DNA of 64,000 nt from Nannocystis bainbridge. GTDB lineage: Bacteria > Myxococcota_A > Polyangia > Nannocystales > Nannocystaceae. The position numbers and the translations under genes were made by a program. Numbering within the stretch: the stretch's first letter is position 1; each line of letters opens with the position of its first letter. The DNA lies in assembly GCF_028368995.1 (NCBI RefSeq), contig NZ_JAQNDL010000002.1, positions 128,001-192,000 of the forward strand, written 5' to 3'. The notes under the pieces were generated by a model that ran no database searches, was not told the origin of the DNA, and worked only from the letters and a program-made list of their open reading frames with translations. Positions 40,001-52,002 of this stretch are shown here, piece after piece.

Positions 40001-42723
40001 GCGCGCTCCGCTACCTCGAGATCGCGTTCCAGTCGGCGCGCGAGACCGGCGACCTCACCTTCGCCTGCTACTGCTGCAATCACTACGTGACCGACCTGCT
40101 GGTCCTCGGCGAGCCGCTCGATCAGGTCGAGCGCGAGACGGAGCGGCGGCTGAAGTTCACGCGCGACGCCAGGTTCGCCGGCTCGTCGCAGGTGCTGATC
40201 GGGATCCAGCGGCTGGTCCGCAACCTCCAGGGGCGGACGTCGAGCCCGGCGAGCTTCGGCGACGAGGCGTTCGACGACGTGGCCTATCAGGCGATGATCG
40301 ACGATTCGCCGTGGCGGGTGGTCGCGTGCTGGTATGCCATCCAGAAGCTGCAGGCGCGGTTCTTGTGGGGTGACCACGCGGGGGCGCTGGCGGCGGGCGA
40401 TCGCGCGGCGCCGCTGCTGTGGTGCTCGCTGGCGCATATCCAGGAGCCGGAGTACTGGTATTATTATGCGCTGGCGCTGGCGGCTTCGGTGTCGGGCGGG
40501 ACGCCGCAGCGGCAGCAGGAGGCGCTCACGGTGCTCGCGCGGCACGAGGCGAAGCTGGCCGGGTGGGCGGCAGCGGGTCCGGAGAACTTCGGCCACAAGC
40601 ACGCGCTGGTGGCCGCCGAGATCGCCCGACTCGAGGGCCGGGACCACGACGCGCTGGCTTGCTACGACCGCGCGATCGCGGGGGCGCGCGCGCACGGCTT
40701 CGTCAACAATCAGGCGGTCGGCGACGAGCTGCTGGCCGGCTTCTACCGCGAGCGCGGGCTGGCGGCGCTGGCGGTGACGCACTTGCGGGCCGCCCGGGCC
40801 GGCTACGCGCGGTGGGGGGCGCACGGCAAGGTCCGCCAGCTCGACGCGCAGGATCCGGGCGCGATCGACGTCGGCCAGCGCCGCGGCGGATTCGGCGACA
40901 CGGTCACGGCGGAGCACATCGATCTGCTGGCGGTGGCCCAGGCGTCGCAGTCGATCTCCAGCGAGATGGTGGAGGAGAAGCTGCTCCGCCGGCTGCTCGC
41001 GGTGGTGCTCGAGCAGAGCGGGGCGCGTACGGCCCACCTGATCGCGGTCCGGCACGGCGAGCTGACGCTGACGGCGAGCGCGACGCTCGACGAGTCAGGG
41101 ATGCGCGCCGATCTGCGACCGCGAGGCCCCGGCGAGCTGGGTCGCGTGGTGCCGTCGTCGATCGTGCAGTACGTCCACCGCACCGGCGAGCAGGTGCTCC
41201 TCGACGACGCGCGCGCCGACCCGGGTCGATTTGGCCGCGACGAGTACGTGGCGCAAGCGCAGCCGCGCTCGCTGCTGTGCTTCCCCATCCGCCGCCGCGG
41301 GGCGGTGCAGGATGTCCTCTGTCTCGAGAACAGCCTGGTCCCGAGCGCGTTCCGCCGCGAGCAGCTGACGGTGCTGGAGCTGCTCGCGGCCCAGGCGGCC
41401 ATCTCGCTGGAGAACGCGACGCTGCTGGCCCAGGAGCAGGCGGCCCGCCAGGCGGCCGAGGCGGACCAGCGGCGCGCGACGTTCCTCGGCGACGCGAGCA
41501 AGCTGCTCGGCGAGTCGCTCGATCACGAGGAGGTGCTGCATCGATTGGCCGATATGTGCGTGCGATCGTTCGCCGACTGGTGCGTCATCGATGTCGTCGA
41601 GGACGGCGCGATCCGCCGCTTGACGTGGCCGCCGGCCGATCCGGCGCAGGCGGCCCTGCTGGCCGAATTGCGCTCGCGCTACCCGCCGGGCATGCATTCG
41701 CCGCACCCGTCCGCGCACGCGATCCGTACCGGCGAGGCGCTCCGCCTCGAGAGGAGCGAGGAGACGCTGACGCGCTACTGCGTCGACGCGGGCCACGCCC
41801 GGATCCTGCGCGAGCTCGGGGTCGAGTCGGCGATCGTCGCGCCGCTGACGGTGGGCTCGCGGATCGTCGGCGCCATCACGCTCGCCTCGGCTCGGCCGGG
41901 CTTCCGCTACGCGCCCGCGGACCTCGAGCTGCTGATCGAGCTGGCCCGGCGCGCGGCGATCGCGATCGACAACGCCCGGCTGTATCGCCAGACCCAGGCG
42001 GCGCTGCGGCTGCGCGACGAGTTCCTGTCGGTCGCCTCGCACGAGCTGCGCACGCCGATGACATCGCTGACGCTCGCGCTGCAGACGCTCGCCAGGCGGA
42101 CGCCGGCCGGCACGCCGCTCGATCCGCAGGTGGCGGGCAAGCTGATCGACCTGGCCATCCGGCAGTCGGGGCGGATGAACCGTCTGATCGGCGACCTCCT
42201 CGATGTCTCGCGCATCGAGACCTGGCAGCTGGCGCTGGCGCTGGCGGAGGTCGAGCTGTGCGGCCTGGTGCGCGAGGTCGTGGCCCGGTTCCAGCCCGAC
42301 CTGGTGCGCGCCCGGAGTGCCGCGAAGATCCGCGCCGAGGGGCCGGTGATCGGCCGCTGGGACCGTTCGCGGATCGAGCAGGTCATCTCCAACATTTTGG
42401 CCAACGCGGCCAAGTTCGGGGCCGGCGCGCCGATCGAGATCGCGGTCGAGCGGGTCGACGATGTCGCGCGGGTGACGGTCCGCGACCACGGGATCGGCAT
42501 CGAACCGGACCGCATGCCGCGGATCTTCGAGCGCTTCGAACGCGGCGTGTCGGCCCAGAACTACGGCGGACTGGGGCTGGGGCTGTACATCGCCCGGAGG
42601 ATCGTCGAGGGTCACGGCGGCTCGCTGCGCGCCACCAGCACGCCGGGCGAGGGCTCGACCTTCACGCTCGAGCTGCCGTGCGAGCGGTCGCCGGGCGCGG
42701 CGGAGGGGGGCCTCGCGGCATGA
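37024..42723 (+). CDS. Hybrid Ser/Thr kinase-AAA ATPase-GAF-GAF-histidine kinase (HstK-like)
   Basis: YMSPEQTGR, GYSGIGKS, FLDDLQW, GGNPFF, FAHDRVQEAA, two GAF domains, SHELRTP, GLGLGL; start 36988 or 37024. Confidence 0.92.
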   Translation: MGDAGTADPAKYLVTGLLRESSGACIYRAVRVEDDRAVVIKTVDPRLCPARELERLRAEYELGRALDLAVTVKPIALDTYRGLPALVLEHFDGVFLEQLLTTEPLAIERFLTLAIAIAGAVEALHRRDVVHMDLRPDNIVVDPERGEVKLANLGSPGTLQDASRPAQSPGIPTESLAYMSPEQTGRLNRPLDCRTDLYSLGVTFYRMLTGRLPFRARDPLEWVHCHLARRVTPPASLRPAVPAAVSAIVVKLLAKVAEDRYQSARGLRCDLERCLAEWREHGRVEAFPLGEDDLSERPSEPQELVGRERELAALTGAFEAMLETGAPGLVCVSGYSGIGKSSLVHRLRRPIAQARGYFLAGKFDQYQRGIPYATISQAFRGLVHDILAEPEARVGEWRARLTAALGLNARLCVDIIPELALIVGEQPPVSELSGTEAQLRFHRVFRQFVAVFAAREHPVALFLDDLQWVDPASLALLVDLITHPDVHHFLWIAAYRDNEVTTGHPLLAALDEVRAAKVPVRVIELAPLTEENVVAIVSATFGGRVRGAEDLARLVHDKTGGNPFFALQFLSMLHREGLVALDLSSGTWSGDLPRIRAKTSTSNVAELVVGNLQQLSASAQEALELAACLGGVTEVELLAALGGRSAEAVQGDLKAAVRAGLMLRDGDAYKFAHDRVQEAAFSLMPAHERAAVHLRVGRLLLDRLSHEQLEARVFEVAGHFERGGHLLDGAEERVRVAEVQLAAGRKARASTAYAAAVRYFSAGIELLGPEAWAEQHALAFALGFGQAECEYLQGRFEAAEERFAALFERARTRGERAEIRRVEVDLFTSRQELRTAVERGLDGLRLLGVEVAPHPTRAQVLAEVQAIWDAMGERRIEDLIDLPPLTDPDMRAALAILAVLFAPTLNTDPHLPALCYCRMVEISLRHGNGDGSALGYAYFGMVLGPAFGRYHAGYRFGELGYALAERSGVMAYRAKLHFIFGDCIRFWTRHLRGALRYLEIAFQSARETGDLTFACYCCNHYVTDLLVLGEPLDQVERETERRLKFTRDARFAGSSQVLIGIQRLVRNLQGRTSSPASFGDEAFDDVAYQAMIDDSPWRVVACWYAIQKLQARFLWGDHAGALAAGDRAAPLLWCSLAHIQEPEYWYYYALALAASVSGGTPQRQQEALTVLARHEAKLAGWAAAGPENFGHKHALVAAEIARLEGRDHDALACYDRAIAGARAHGFVNNQAVGDELLAGFYRERGLAALAVTHLRAARAGYARWGAHGKVRQLDAQDPGAIDVGQRRGGFGDTVTAEHIDLLAVAQASQSISSEMVEEKLLRRLLAVVLEQSGARTAHLIAVRHGELTLTASATLDESGMRADLRPRGPGELGRVVPSSIVQYVHRTGEQVLLDDARADPGRFGRDEYVAQAQPRSLLCFPIRRRGAVQDVLCLENSLVPSAFRREQLTVLELLAAQAAISLENATLLAQEQAARQAAEADQRRATFLGDASKLLGESLDHEEVLHRLADMCVRSFADWCVIDVVEDGAIRRLTWPPADPAQAALLAELRSRYPPGMHSPHPSAHAIRTGEALRLERSEETLTRYCVDAGHARILRELGVESAIVAPLTVGSRIVGAITLASARPGFRYAPADLELLIELARRAAIAIDNARLYRQTQAALRLRDEFLSVASHELRTPMTSLTLALQTLARRTPAGTPLDPQVAGKLIDLAIRQSGRMNRLIGDLLDVSRIETWQLALALAEVELCGLVREVVARFQPDLVRARSAAKIRAEGPVIGRWDRSRIEQVISNILANAAKFGAGAPIEIAVERVDDVARVTVRDHGIGIEPDRMPRIFERFERGVSAQNYGGLGLGLYIARRIVEGHGGSLRATSTPGEGSTFTLELPCERSPGAAEGGLAA

Positions 42724-43130
42724 CGGACGGCGATCAAGCGGGCGGCCTGGTGCTGGTCGTCGACGACGATCTGGACGTGTGCGAGACGCTGCAGACGGTG
42801 CTCGAGGTGTCGGGCTATCGGGTGGTGGCCGCGAGCAACGGCCGCGAAGCGTTGATGACGCTGCGCAGCGGGGTCCGCCCCTGCCTGGTGCTGCTCGACC
42901 TGATGATGCCGGTGATGAACGGGATCGAGTTCCGCGCCGAGCAACGCGGCGATCCGAAGCTCGCGGAGGTGCCGGTGGTGGTGGTGTCGGGCGATCACGG
43001 CGTGGCCGAGAAGGCGACGGCGATGGGCCTCGAAGGGTTGAGCAAGCCGATCGACATCGACGACCTGCTGCAGGTGGTGGGCCGCTTCTGCGGGCCCCCG
43101 GCGTGCACGTGCGGAGGGGCCGGGGAGTAG
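42720..43130 (+). CDS. Single-domain response regulator
   Basis: LVVDDD, LLDLMMP, SKP; ATGA overlap with the kinase gene. Confidence 0.9.
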   Translation: MTDGDQAGGLVLVVDDDLDVCETLQTVLEVSGYRVVAASNGREALMTLRSGVRPCLVLLDLMMPVMNGIEFRAEQRGDPKLAEVPVVVVSGDHGVAEKATAMGLEGLSKPIDIDDLLQVVGRFCGPPACTCGGAGE

Positions 43131-43143
43131 CTGATTCGCGCGC

Positions 43144-43172
43144 TTGACAACTAATAAGCATTGGCTTATGAG
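43144..43172 (+). promoter_or_regulatory. Sigma70 promoter with overlapping ArsR-type operator
   Basis: TTGACA (43144)-17 bp-TATGAG (43167); palindrome ATAAGC-attg-GCTTAT at 43154-43169. Confidence 0.7.
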
Positions 43173-43178
43173 TTGGAC

Positions 43179-43508
43179 ATGCAGAGCGCGGCCGTGCTCG
43201 AGGACAGGGTTTTCCAGGCGCTGGCGGATCCCAGCCGTCGGGCCATCTTCGAGTCGCTCACGCGGGGCGAGGCGGCGGTGAAGGACCTCACCGCGCGCTT
43301 CGACATCTCGCAGCCCGCGGTGTCGCAGCACCTCGCCACGTTGAAGGACGCCGGCCTGGTCAACGGCCGGCGCGAGGGGCGTTGCGTCTACTACCGGGTC
43401 GAGCCGCGCGGCATGAAGCCTCTCATCGACTGGATCGAACACTACCGTGCCTTCTGGACGGAGCACGTCGATCGCCTCGATCAACTCCTCAAGAGGATGG
43501 AGCCATGA
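43179..43508 (+). CDS. ArsR/SmtB-family transcriptional regulator
   Basis: FQALADPSRRAI...SQPAVSQHL..L..AGLV..RREGR. Confidence 0.9.
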   Translation: MQSAAVLEDRVFQALADPSRRAIFESLTRGEAAVKDLTARFDISQPAVSQHLATLKDAGLVNGRREGRCVYYRVEPRGMKPLIDWIEHYRAFWTEHVDRLDQLLKRMEP

Positions 43509-43945
43509 GTCTCACCGACAAGACCGAAGCATCGCAGACGGAAGCCCTCACCTTCGAATTCGACCTGGCGCACCCGCCCGAGAAGGTGTGGCGCGCGCTC
43601 ACCGACCCGGAGCTGCTCGCGGAGTGGCTCTTGCCCGTGACCGGGTTCCGGCTCGCGCCGGGGGCGGCGTTCACGTTCAAGACACAGGCCTATCCCGGCT
43701 GGGACGGCACCGTGAACTGCCGGCTCGTCGAGATCGAGGCCCAGCGCAAGATCAGCTACACGTGGAGCGTCCCGTTCCTCGACACCGTCGTGACCTTCAC
43801 GATCACGCCGACGACCGCGGGGACGCGGCTGTCGCTGGTGCAGTCGGGCTTCAAGTCGGACCAGAAGCAGGAATTCGGCGGCGCCCGCTACGGCTGGAAG
43901 ATGATGGGCGGCAGGCTCGTCGAGCTGCTCGACAAGATCGCGTGA
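43505..43945 (+). CDS. SRPBCC/AHSA1-like ligand-binding domain protein
   Basis: HPPEKVWRALTDPELLAEW, ISYTW, GTRLSL, GW; ATGA overlap with arsR. Confidence 0.88.
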   Translation: MSLTDKTEASQTEALTFEFDLAHPPEKVWRALTDPELLAEWLLPVTGFRLAPGAAFTFKTQAYPGWDGTVNCRLVEIEAQRKISYTWSVPFLDTVVTFTITPTTAGTRLSLVQSGFKSDQKQEFGGARYGWKMMGGRLVELLDKIA

Positions 43946-44103
43946 GCCGTCCGCGGCTCGCATCGATGACATGATCAAGGTCGGGCGTGGGGGCCACGAT
44001 GTTCGTGGTCCACGCGTCCCGTGCCCATGTACTGGGGTCGATCGGCGAGGCGCTCGGGTCCTCGTCGTGACTCCGCTTCACGCGTGTTCACAAGGAGGTT
44101 GCA

Positions 44104-44322
44104 ATGCGAACGAACAACTGGATTCGGCAGACCCATCGCTGGCTGTCGATCGCCTTCACGGTGGCTGTGCTCGTCAACATCATCGCCATGGGCGTCGGCT
44201 CGCAGGCGGTCTGGATCGGCCTCGTGGCCCTGTTTCCGTTGATCCTGCTGATGATCAGCGGGCTCTACCTGTTTGTGCTGCCGTACCTCGCCAAGGGACG
44301 CGGCGCCGCGGCTCGCGGGTGA
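44104..44322 (+). CDS. Small two-TM membrane protein
   Basis: AAGGAGG RBS; WIRQTHRWLSI..., SGLYLFVLPY. Confidence 0.75.
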   Translation: MRTNNWIRQTHRWLSIAFTVAVLVNIIAMGVGSQAVWIGLVALFPLILLMISGLYLFVLPYLAKGRGAAARG

Positions 44323-44369
44323 CCTGCGAAGTCAATCCGCACTTGACACTCCCCTGAGACTCGACGTTC

Positions 44370-46766
<2,397 letters not shown>

Positions 46767-46865
46767 GCTCGGAGGCGAGTGAGCGTCCCTGGACGCTCAC
46801 CGCGTGAGGCCGCGGCTCGCCGCGGAGTCGCGGATTGCCGGCGCTCCGTGGGCGCCCGCGGCTGC

Positions 46866-48722
46866 TCACGAGGGGTGCGTGGTCGAGGCTGGGGGAGCGT
46901 CGCGGAGGCGGGCCGGGAGGCCGACGCGCCAGAGGCTCGCCTGCAAATGCCAGCGCGCGCCCCCGTCGAGCTCCTGGGCGTCGAGGAAGGCGGTGATACG
47001 CGCGGGACCCAGCTCGGTGCAGCGCTTGACGGCTTGCTCGTGCTCGCGGGCTCGCTTGCGATCGGCCCACGGTTCGAGATCGTCGGCGCGGTGCAACATC
47101 GCCAGCCACAGCCGCGGGAGGGCCGCGGCGGGCAGTGACTCACTGCTGCGCTCGAGGGAGCGGCGGGCTGCGTCCGCGAGCTCGCGCGCGGCGTCGATGC
47201 GGCTCGCGGGCGCCCCCTCGAGGACGGGCAGTTGGTCGAGCCACTCGAGCGTCGCAACCACGCCGAAGGCGAGGTGGAAGGTCGGCGAGGCGAGGACCGG
47301 CGATTCGGCGAGCGCGCGGCCGAACGCGAGGATGATGCGAGGCTCGCGGGTGCGCTCCAGCAGGTCGAAGAGGTGCTCGCAAGCGAGATCGCGGACGGGG
47401 GCGCGGGGCGTCGCGCGGAGGGTCGCCATGGCCGCGTCGGCCCGCTTGCGGACGGCCGCGCGGCGTTTGGCCTCGCCGTCGTCGCGGTGGACGCTGGCGG
47501 CGAACAGCAGATCGACGGCCGCGTCGGCCGTGTCGCCGCGGGCCAGCGCGACGGCGGCCCGGCGTTCGGCGAGCTCGCGCGCGAGGTCGAGGAACCACCA
47601 GTCGCGCTTCTGCTTGCGGGCCGCGGCGAGCAATTGCTCGAGCTCCGCCGCGAGCCCGCCGGCGCCCTGCGGGGCGAGCTCGGCGAGGATCGCCGGCACC
47701 TCGGGTTGCTCGCCGGCGATCAGCGATCCGACGACCGCCGCCGCGTCGACGGTCGGCAGGGCGCGGAACTCGTCCCGCGTCCACACGCGCAATTCGCCGG
47801 CGTCGCCCTCGCAGAGCAGCGTGCCGCCGGCCGCGAGCGCGACGCGAGCCGCGGGCTTCGGCAACTGACGCGCGACCCGGCGACCCTGCGCGTCGACGAC
47901 CTCGACGAGCTGTGACCGGGCGCGCACGGCCGCCCAGCCGTTGGCGGCGAAGCAGGCGTGCTGCGGCGCGAACGGGACGGACAGCCAGGTGATCGCGGGG
48001 GTGCGGCCGCCGAGGCGCACGAGCGCCAGCGCGTCGGCGGTGCCGAGGAGCAGCTCGCGCTCGCGGACGGCGAAGATCCGCGGCGCGACCAGGCGCTTGT
48101 CATCGAAGCGGACCTCGGCGCCGCGATCGGGGCGCAGGAGCGCCTCCCCGGTCGCGCCGAAGATCACCAGCGCGCCGTCGACGAGGGCCAGCGCCGCGGC
48201 GGTGACATCGAGCGGGAGCTCGCGCGCGCCGGCAGGCGTGACCTCGAACAGCCGCGAGCCGGAGGCAGCCCTTCGTCGCGCGCCGCGAGGCTTCCGCTCG
48301 TCCGCCGCCGGGCTGACGCAGGCGAGGACGCGGGGCGCGGTGGCGTCGACGGCGAGCGCGACGAGCTCGGGCAAGCCGGCCTCGTCATCCCACTCCAGCG
48401 GGAGCGCGCCGCGGAGCTCCAGCTCGCCTGCGGGCCCGAAGCGCTCGATCCAGAGCTGCTGCTCGTCCCAGTACACGATCGCAAACGAGCGGCCGTCGGC
48501 GGCGTGGGCGAGCGCGAGGACCTCGCCGTGATAGGTGTCGCCGTCGCGCACGACGCGGCGGCGCCAGCGATCGCCGTCGCGTCGGTGATGCACGACGTCG
48601 CCGCCGCGGTGGTGCGGCACGAAGGCGTGGACGGCGACCAGTGATTCGCCGACCGGCAGCAGGTCGAGCAGCGCAGGGCTGCGGACGCCCGAGCGGAGGA
48701 TGGTTCGGGGGCGAGTGGGCAT
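46866..48722 (-). CDS. Hypothetical protein (beta-rich N-terminal half, helical C-terminal half)
   Basis: Coding-like composition from MPTRPR onward; GAGG RBS. Confidence 0.6.
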   Translation of the reverse strand: MPTRPRTILRSGVRSPALLDLLPVGESLVAVHAFVPHHRGGDVVHHRRDGDRWRRRVVRDGDTYHGEVLALAHAADGRSFAIVYWDEQQLWIERFGPAGELELRGALPLEWDDEAGLPELVALAVDATAPRVLACVSPAADERKPRGARRRAASGSRLFEVTPAGARELPLDVTAAALALVDGALVIFGATGEALLRPDRGAEVRFDDKRLVAPRIFAVRERELLLGTADALALVRLGGRTPAITWLSVPFAPQHACFAANGWAAVRARSQLVEVVDAQGRRVARQLPKPAARVALAAGGTLLCEGDAGELRVWTRDEFRALPTVDAAAVVGSLIAGEQPEVPAILAELAPQGAGGLAAELEQLLAAARKQKRDWWFLDLARELAERRAAVALARGDTADAAVDLLFAASVHRDDGEAKRRAAVRKRADAAMATLRATPRAPVRDLACEHLFDLLERTREPRIILAFGRALAESPVLASPTFHLAFGVVATLEWLDQLPVLEGAPASRIDAARELADAARRSLERSSESLPAAALPRLWLAMLHRADDLEPWADRKRAREHEQAVKRCTELGPARITAFLDAQELDGGARWHLQASLWRVGLPARLRDAPPASTTHPS

Positions 48723-48757
48723 GCGACCTCGCCATTGTATGGCGCGAGGCCGTCCGG

Positions 48758-50221
48758 TCAGTCGAGTCGGCCGTGCCAGATCGATCGGTCGCCGACCTGG
48801 TACTGGCCGCACACCGCGAACTCGAGCGCGCCGGCCTGGCCCTGCTGATAGGTTGGAGATTCGACGTAGATGGCCGAGGGCGCGGCGAAGCCGGGGCCGG
48901 GGCTGGCGACCTCGAGGACCTCGGCGTCCGCCCACGCGACCGGGCCGCCCGGCGCGGGGGCCCGCAACAGCTCGACGCCCTGGCCACTGAGGCTGCCGCG
49001 GATCAGCCACAGGGGAGCGCCGGCCGGCCGGGCGAAGCGGGCGCGGTAGGTGTCGGCGAACACGTGCAGCGGGGAGGTGTGGGTGTCCCAGGCGGCGCCG
49101 GCGGGGCGGTGGTAGTAGGCGACGACGTCGTCGAAGTAGGCCAGCACGTGGGTGTCGCCGGCCGGATCGTGGAACAGATCGGCGCCGCTCTGGACCTGGG
49201 CGGCTGGATCGGGTGGCTCCAAGGACATGTACTTCGGGACCTGTCCCATGGTGACATCGGCGACCACCGCGGCGTAGCTGCCGTCGGGGTAGTTGCCGGT
49301 GAAGGTCTGGCCGACCAGCGCCAATTCGCCGCCGGGCGTGGCCATGGCGTGCACGTAGCCGAGGTCGTTGGCGCCGCCGAGATCGACCTGGACCGGGCCG
49401 TTCCAGCCGCCGCCGTAATTGTACGTGTAGATCCATTGACCGGGCCCGCCGCCCGCGCCGACGACGGTAAACCACACGACCCGCGCGCCCGGGCCGAGCA
49501 CCGCGGCGCCGACGTAATTGGAGGAGGGCGGGGTGGTGTAGACATTGCCGCTGACGAGCACCGCGTTGCAGGCCCGCAGCGCCGGATCGGCGGTGTCCAG
49601 ATAGCACTCCTCGAGGAACTGCTGCTGAATGTTGACGCCGTAGGTGTAGAGCATCGAGCCGACGAGGATGCTGGCGGCGTTCTGCTGCACGCCGTCGGTG
49701 TGCGGCTGCTCGGCGACGAGGCTCCACGCGGGTTCGTCGGGGCCGCGGCGGAAGTAGCGGATGGTGCGGTTGTGAAGCACGTCCTCGCCGGCGTCGACGT
49801 GGAACCACAGGCTGCCGTCGGGCGCGCGCATGAGGCCGCGCAGGTGCGGGCCCCAGCCGCCGTGCATCTCGACGTAGGCGCGGTTGTCGTCGGTGATGAG
49901 CGTCAGCGCGACGTTCGGCGGCGGCTCGGTCCCGGTGGTGCTCGTTGTTGAAGTGTCGGTGGTGGCAGTGCCCGTGGTGGTTGCATCGGGCCCGTCGCTG
50001 GTGGTGGTGGGAGCCGCGGTGGTGGTCGTGCTGGTCGTCGTCGTGGTGTCGGCGCTGGTGCTGGGCGGAGCGGTCGCGGTGGTGGTCGTGGTCGTCGGTG
50101 TGTCGGTGGTGCCCGCGTCGCCGGCGGGGCAGGCGGTGAGCCCCACGGCGAGGCATGCACCTGCGGCCAGGCCGGCGAGGGTTTCACGAGGGGGGCGCAG
50201 GCCAGCCGCGGCGAGGGTCAT
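48758..50221 (-). CDS. Lipoprotein with Thr-rich stalk and probable beta-propeller domain
   Basis: LTAC lipobox, poly-Thr, aromatic beta-rich domain with YNYGGGW (Asp-box-like). Confidence 0.75.
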   Translation of the reverse strand: MTLAAAGLRPPRETLAGLAAGACLAVGLTACPAGDAGTTDTPTTTTTTATAPPSTSADTTTTTSTTTTAAPTTTSDGPDATTTGTATTDTSTTSTTGTEPPPNVALTLITDDNRAYVEMHGGWGPHLRGLMRAPDGSLWFHVDAGEDVLHNRTIRYFRRGPDEPAWSLVAEQPHTDGVQQNAASILVGSMLYTYGVNIQQQFLEECYLDTADPALRACNAVLVSGNVYTTPPSSNYVGAAVLGPGARVVWFTVVGAGGGPGQWIYTYNYGGGWNGPVQVDLGGANDLGYVHAMATPGGELALVGQTFTGNYPDGSYAAVVADVTMGQVPKYMSLEPPDPAAQVQSGADLFHDPAGDTHVLAYFDDVVAYYHRPAGAAWDTHTSPLHVFADTYRARFARPAGAPLWLIRGSLSGQGVELLRAPAPGGPVAWADAEVLEVASPGPGFAAPSAIYVESPTYQQGQAGALEFAVCGQYQVGDRSIWHGRLD

Positions 50222-50284
50222 GGCGCCATGGTGACGCGTCGCCGGGCGCGAGGGCGCGCCCGGCGACATGCGAAAAAACCGGCG

Positions 50285-51031
50285 TCAGAAGCCGCAGCAG
50301 CGAGCGGCCTCGGCGAGCACCGCGTCGCCCGTGGCGCACACGTCCTCGGAGGCGCACTCACCGAGCTCCACGCCGCCCTCGAGGCAGGTGCAGGTCGAGC
50401 CGTCGCAGATCATCTGCCGCAGCGGCGCATCCATGCACTCGATCTGCAACTCGCACGCGTCGTCGCTGGTGGACATGCTCTGCGAGCATTCGTCCCCGGC
50501 GCAGACGTCGGTCACGGCGGCCTCCTGCTCGCTGCACGGCCCGCCTTGCTCGATCGAGCCCAGCAGATCTTCGCAGCCGAGGGCGGTGAAGCAGCCGAGG
50601 ACTTCGAGGTTGGCCTGCTTGCAAGCGCCGGCGAGGCCGATCTGGTTGTCGGCGCAGCCTTCGATGCAGCCGGCGAGGTCGGGCTGAAAGCCGCACGCCT
50701 CCCACCGCTCGCAGTAGGCCTGGCAGGCGCTCAGGGCGTCGGGATCGACCTCGCCGGTGGTGGTGTCGGGCCCGGTGGTGGCGTCGCCGGTGGTGGCGTC
50801 GCCGGTGGTGGTGTCACCGGTGGTGCCGTCGCCGGTAGTCTCGCCGTCCTCGGTGGTCGAGGTGGTGGGCGCTTCGGTGGTGGTGGGCGCGGTCTCGGTC
50901 GTGGAAGACGCCGCGTCGGTGGTCGATGCTTCGGCGGTCGCGTCGGTGGTCTCCGGGGCGTCGTCGTCGTCGCCGCACGCGCCGGTGAAGAGGAGCAGGG
51001 CGAGGGTGGATACGTAGGATCGTGAGGTCAT
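50285..51031 (-). CDS. Cys-rich lipoprotein with Thr-rich stalk
   Basis: TGAC lipobox, TTGD repeats, many Cys, ends CCGF. Confidence 0.8.
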   Translation of the reverse strand: MTSRSYVSTLALLLFTGACGDDDDAPETTDATAEASTTDAASSTTETAPTTTEAPTTSTTEDGETTGDGTTGDTTTGDATTGDATTGPDTTTGEVDPDALSACQAYCERWEACGFQPDLAGCIEGCADNQIGLAGACKQANLEVLGCFTALGCEDLLGSIEQGGPCSEQEAAVTDVCAGDECSQSMSTSDDACELQIECMDAPLRQMICDGSTCTCLEGGVELGECASEDVCATGDAVLAEAARCCGF

Positions 51032-51328
51032 GATAATTCCAGGCGGTGCCGCGATTCGCGGGGCCATCGGGCCCCCGTCGCTGCGCCGCACGGGAGTAGC
51101 TGCGTCGGTAGCGACGAAGGATCACGGCGGTGATGCGGAGCGGCCGTTCGCAGCCGCACGTCGAAAGCGTGGGCGAACGAGCCGAGCCAGTGAAACCAAT
51201 CGGGCCGGGTCGAGGGCGGCGAAAGGTTTCGCGCGGAGGTCGAAGTTTGCCGCTCGCTCGCGTTCGTGGACGGGTCGAGCGGTCGAGAGCGCGAGCTCGA
51301 CGAAGGTGAGCCGACGATGTCGAGGTAG

Positions 51329-51406
51329 CGGCATGTCCACGAGGACATGTCTAAAAAGAAATGTGCTTAGGAGCATGTCGATGAAGACATGTCGAATGGG
51401 ACATAC
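51329..51406. repeat. 14-bp-period CATG array
   Basis: Junctions at 51332, 51346, 51360 (AATG), 51374, 51388, 51402 (CATA); in a divergent intergenic region. Confidence 0.85.
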
Positions 51407-51560
51407 TGGTGCGTTCGTCCGTGCGGCGATCCGGCATTAAAGGAGGGATGCCGGAGGGCTGCGCTGGATGCGCGTCGACAGCGCGACCTGCCCGAAAGAG
51501 CAGGTCGGAGCGTAACCGCCCACCTGCTCTGGAAGGCCGCGAGGGGCCACAGATTCTCGC

Positions 51561-51592
51561 TTGACGCCTTACTACACCTGTAGTACTACGCT
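51561..51592 (+). promoter_or_regulatory. Promoter with BlaI/CopY-type operator
   Basis: TTGACG at 51561; palindrome TACTACA-cc-TGTAGTA at 51570-51585 (TACA-N2-TGTA core). Confidence 0.75.
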
Positions 51593-51600
51593 TGTCGTTC

Positions 51601-52002
51601 ATGGGTGAGGACCACCAGCTCAGCGACTCGCAGCTCGGCCTGCTGCGGATCTTGTGGGGCCGCGGCGAGGCGACGGCGCTCGAGGTGCACGCCGTTCTGG
51701 CCGAGGGGGACCTCGGGCTCGCGCCGACCACCGTGTCGACGATGCTGTCGCGGCTGGAGAAGAAGGGGCTCCTCGCCCACCGAACGGAGGGCCGGCAATT
51801 CATCTATCGCGCGCTCGTCTGCGAGGCGGATGTGCGGCGGTCGATGCTCGGTCGGGTCACTGATTTTTTCTTCGGCGGGGACGTGCCATTGCTGGTCAGT
51901 CACCTCGTCGAGGGCCGCGGCGTCGATCCGGACGACCTCGCGCGCCTGCAACAATGTTTGGCGGAACGATCCGGTGAAGCTGAGGAACACGACGATGCTT
52001 GA
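51601..52002 (+). CDS. BlaI/MecI/CopY-family repressor
   Basis: LRILW..GEAT..EV...APTTVSTMLSRLEKKG...GRQFIY...FFGG. Confidence 0.9.
   Translation: MGEDHQLSDSQLGLLRILWGRGEATALEVHAVLAEGDLGLAPTTVSTMLSRLEKKGLLAHRTEGRQFIYRALVCEADVRRSMLGRVTDFFFGGDVPLLVSHLVEGRGVDPDDLARLQQCLAERSGEAEEHDDA

Noticed and set aside
46866-50156. Single 1096-aa ORF
   Set aside because: The N-terminal part is an Arg/His-rich off-frame read of the 48758-50221 lipoprotein; the real start is probably 48722
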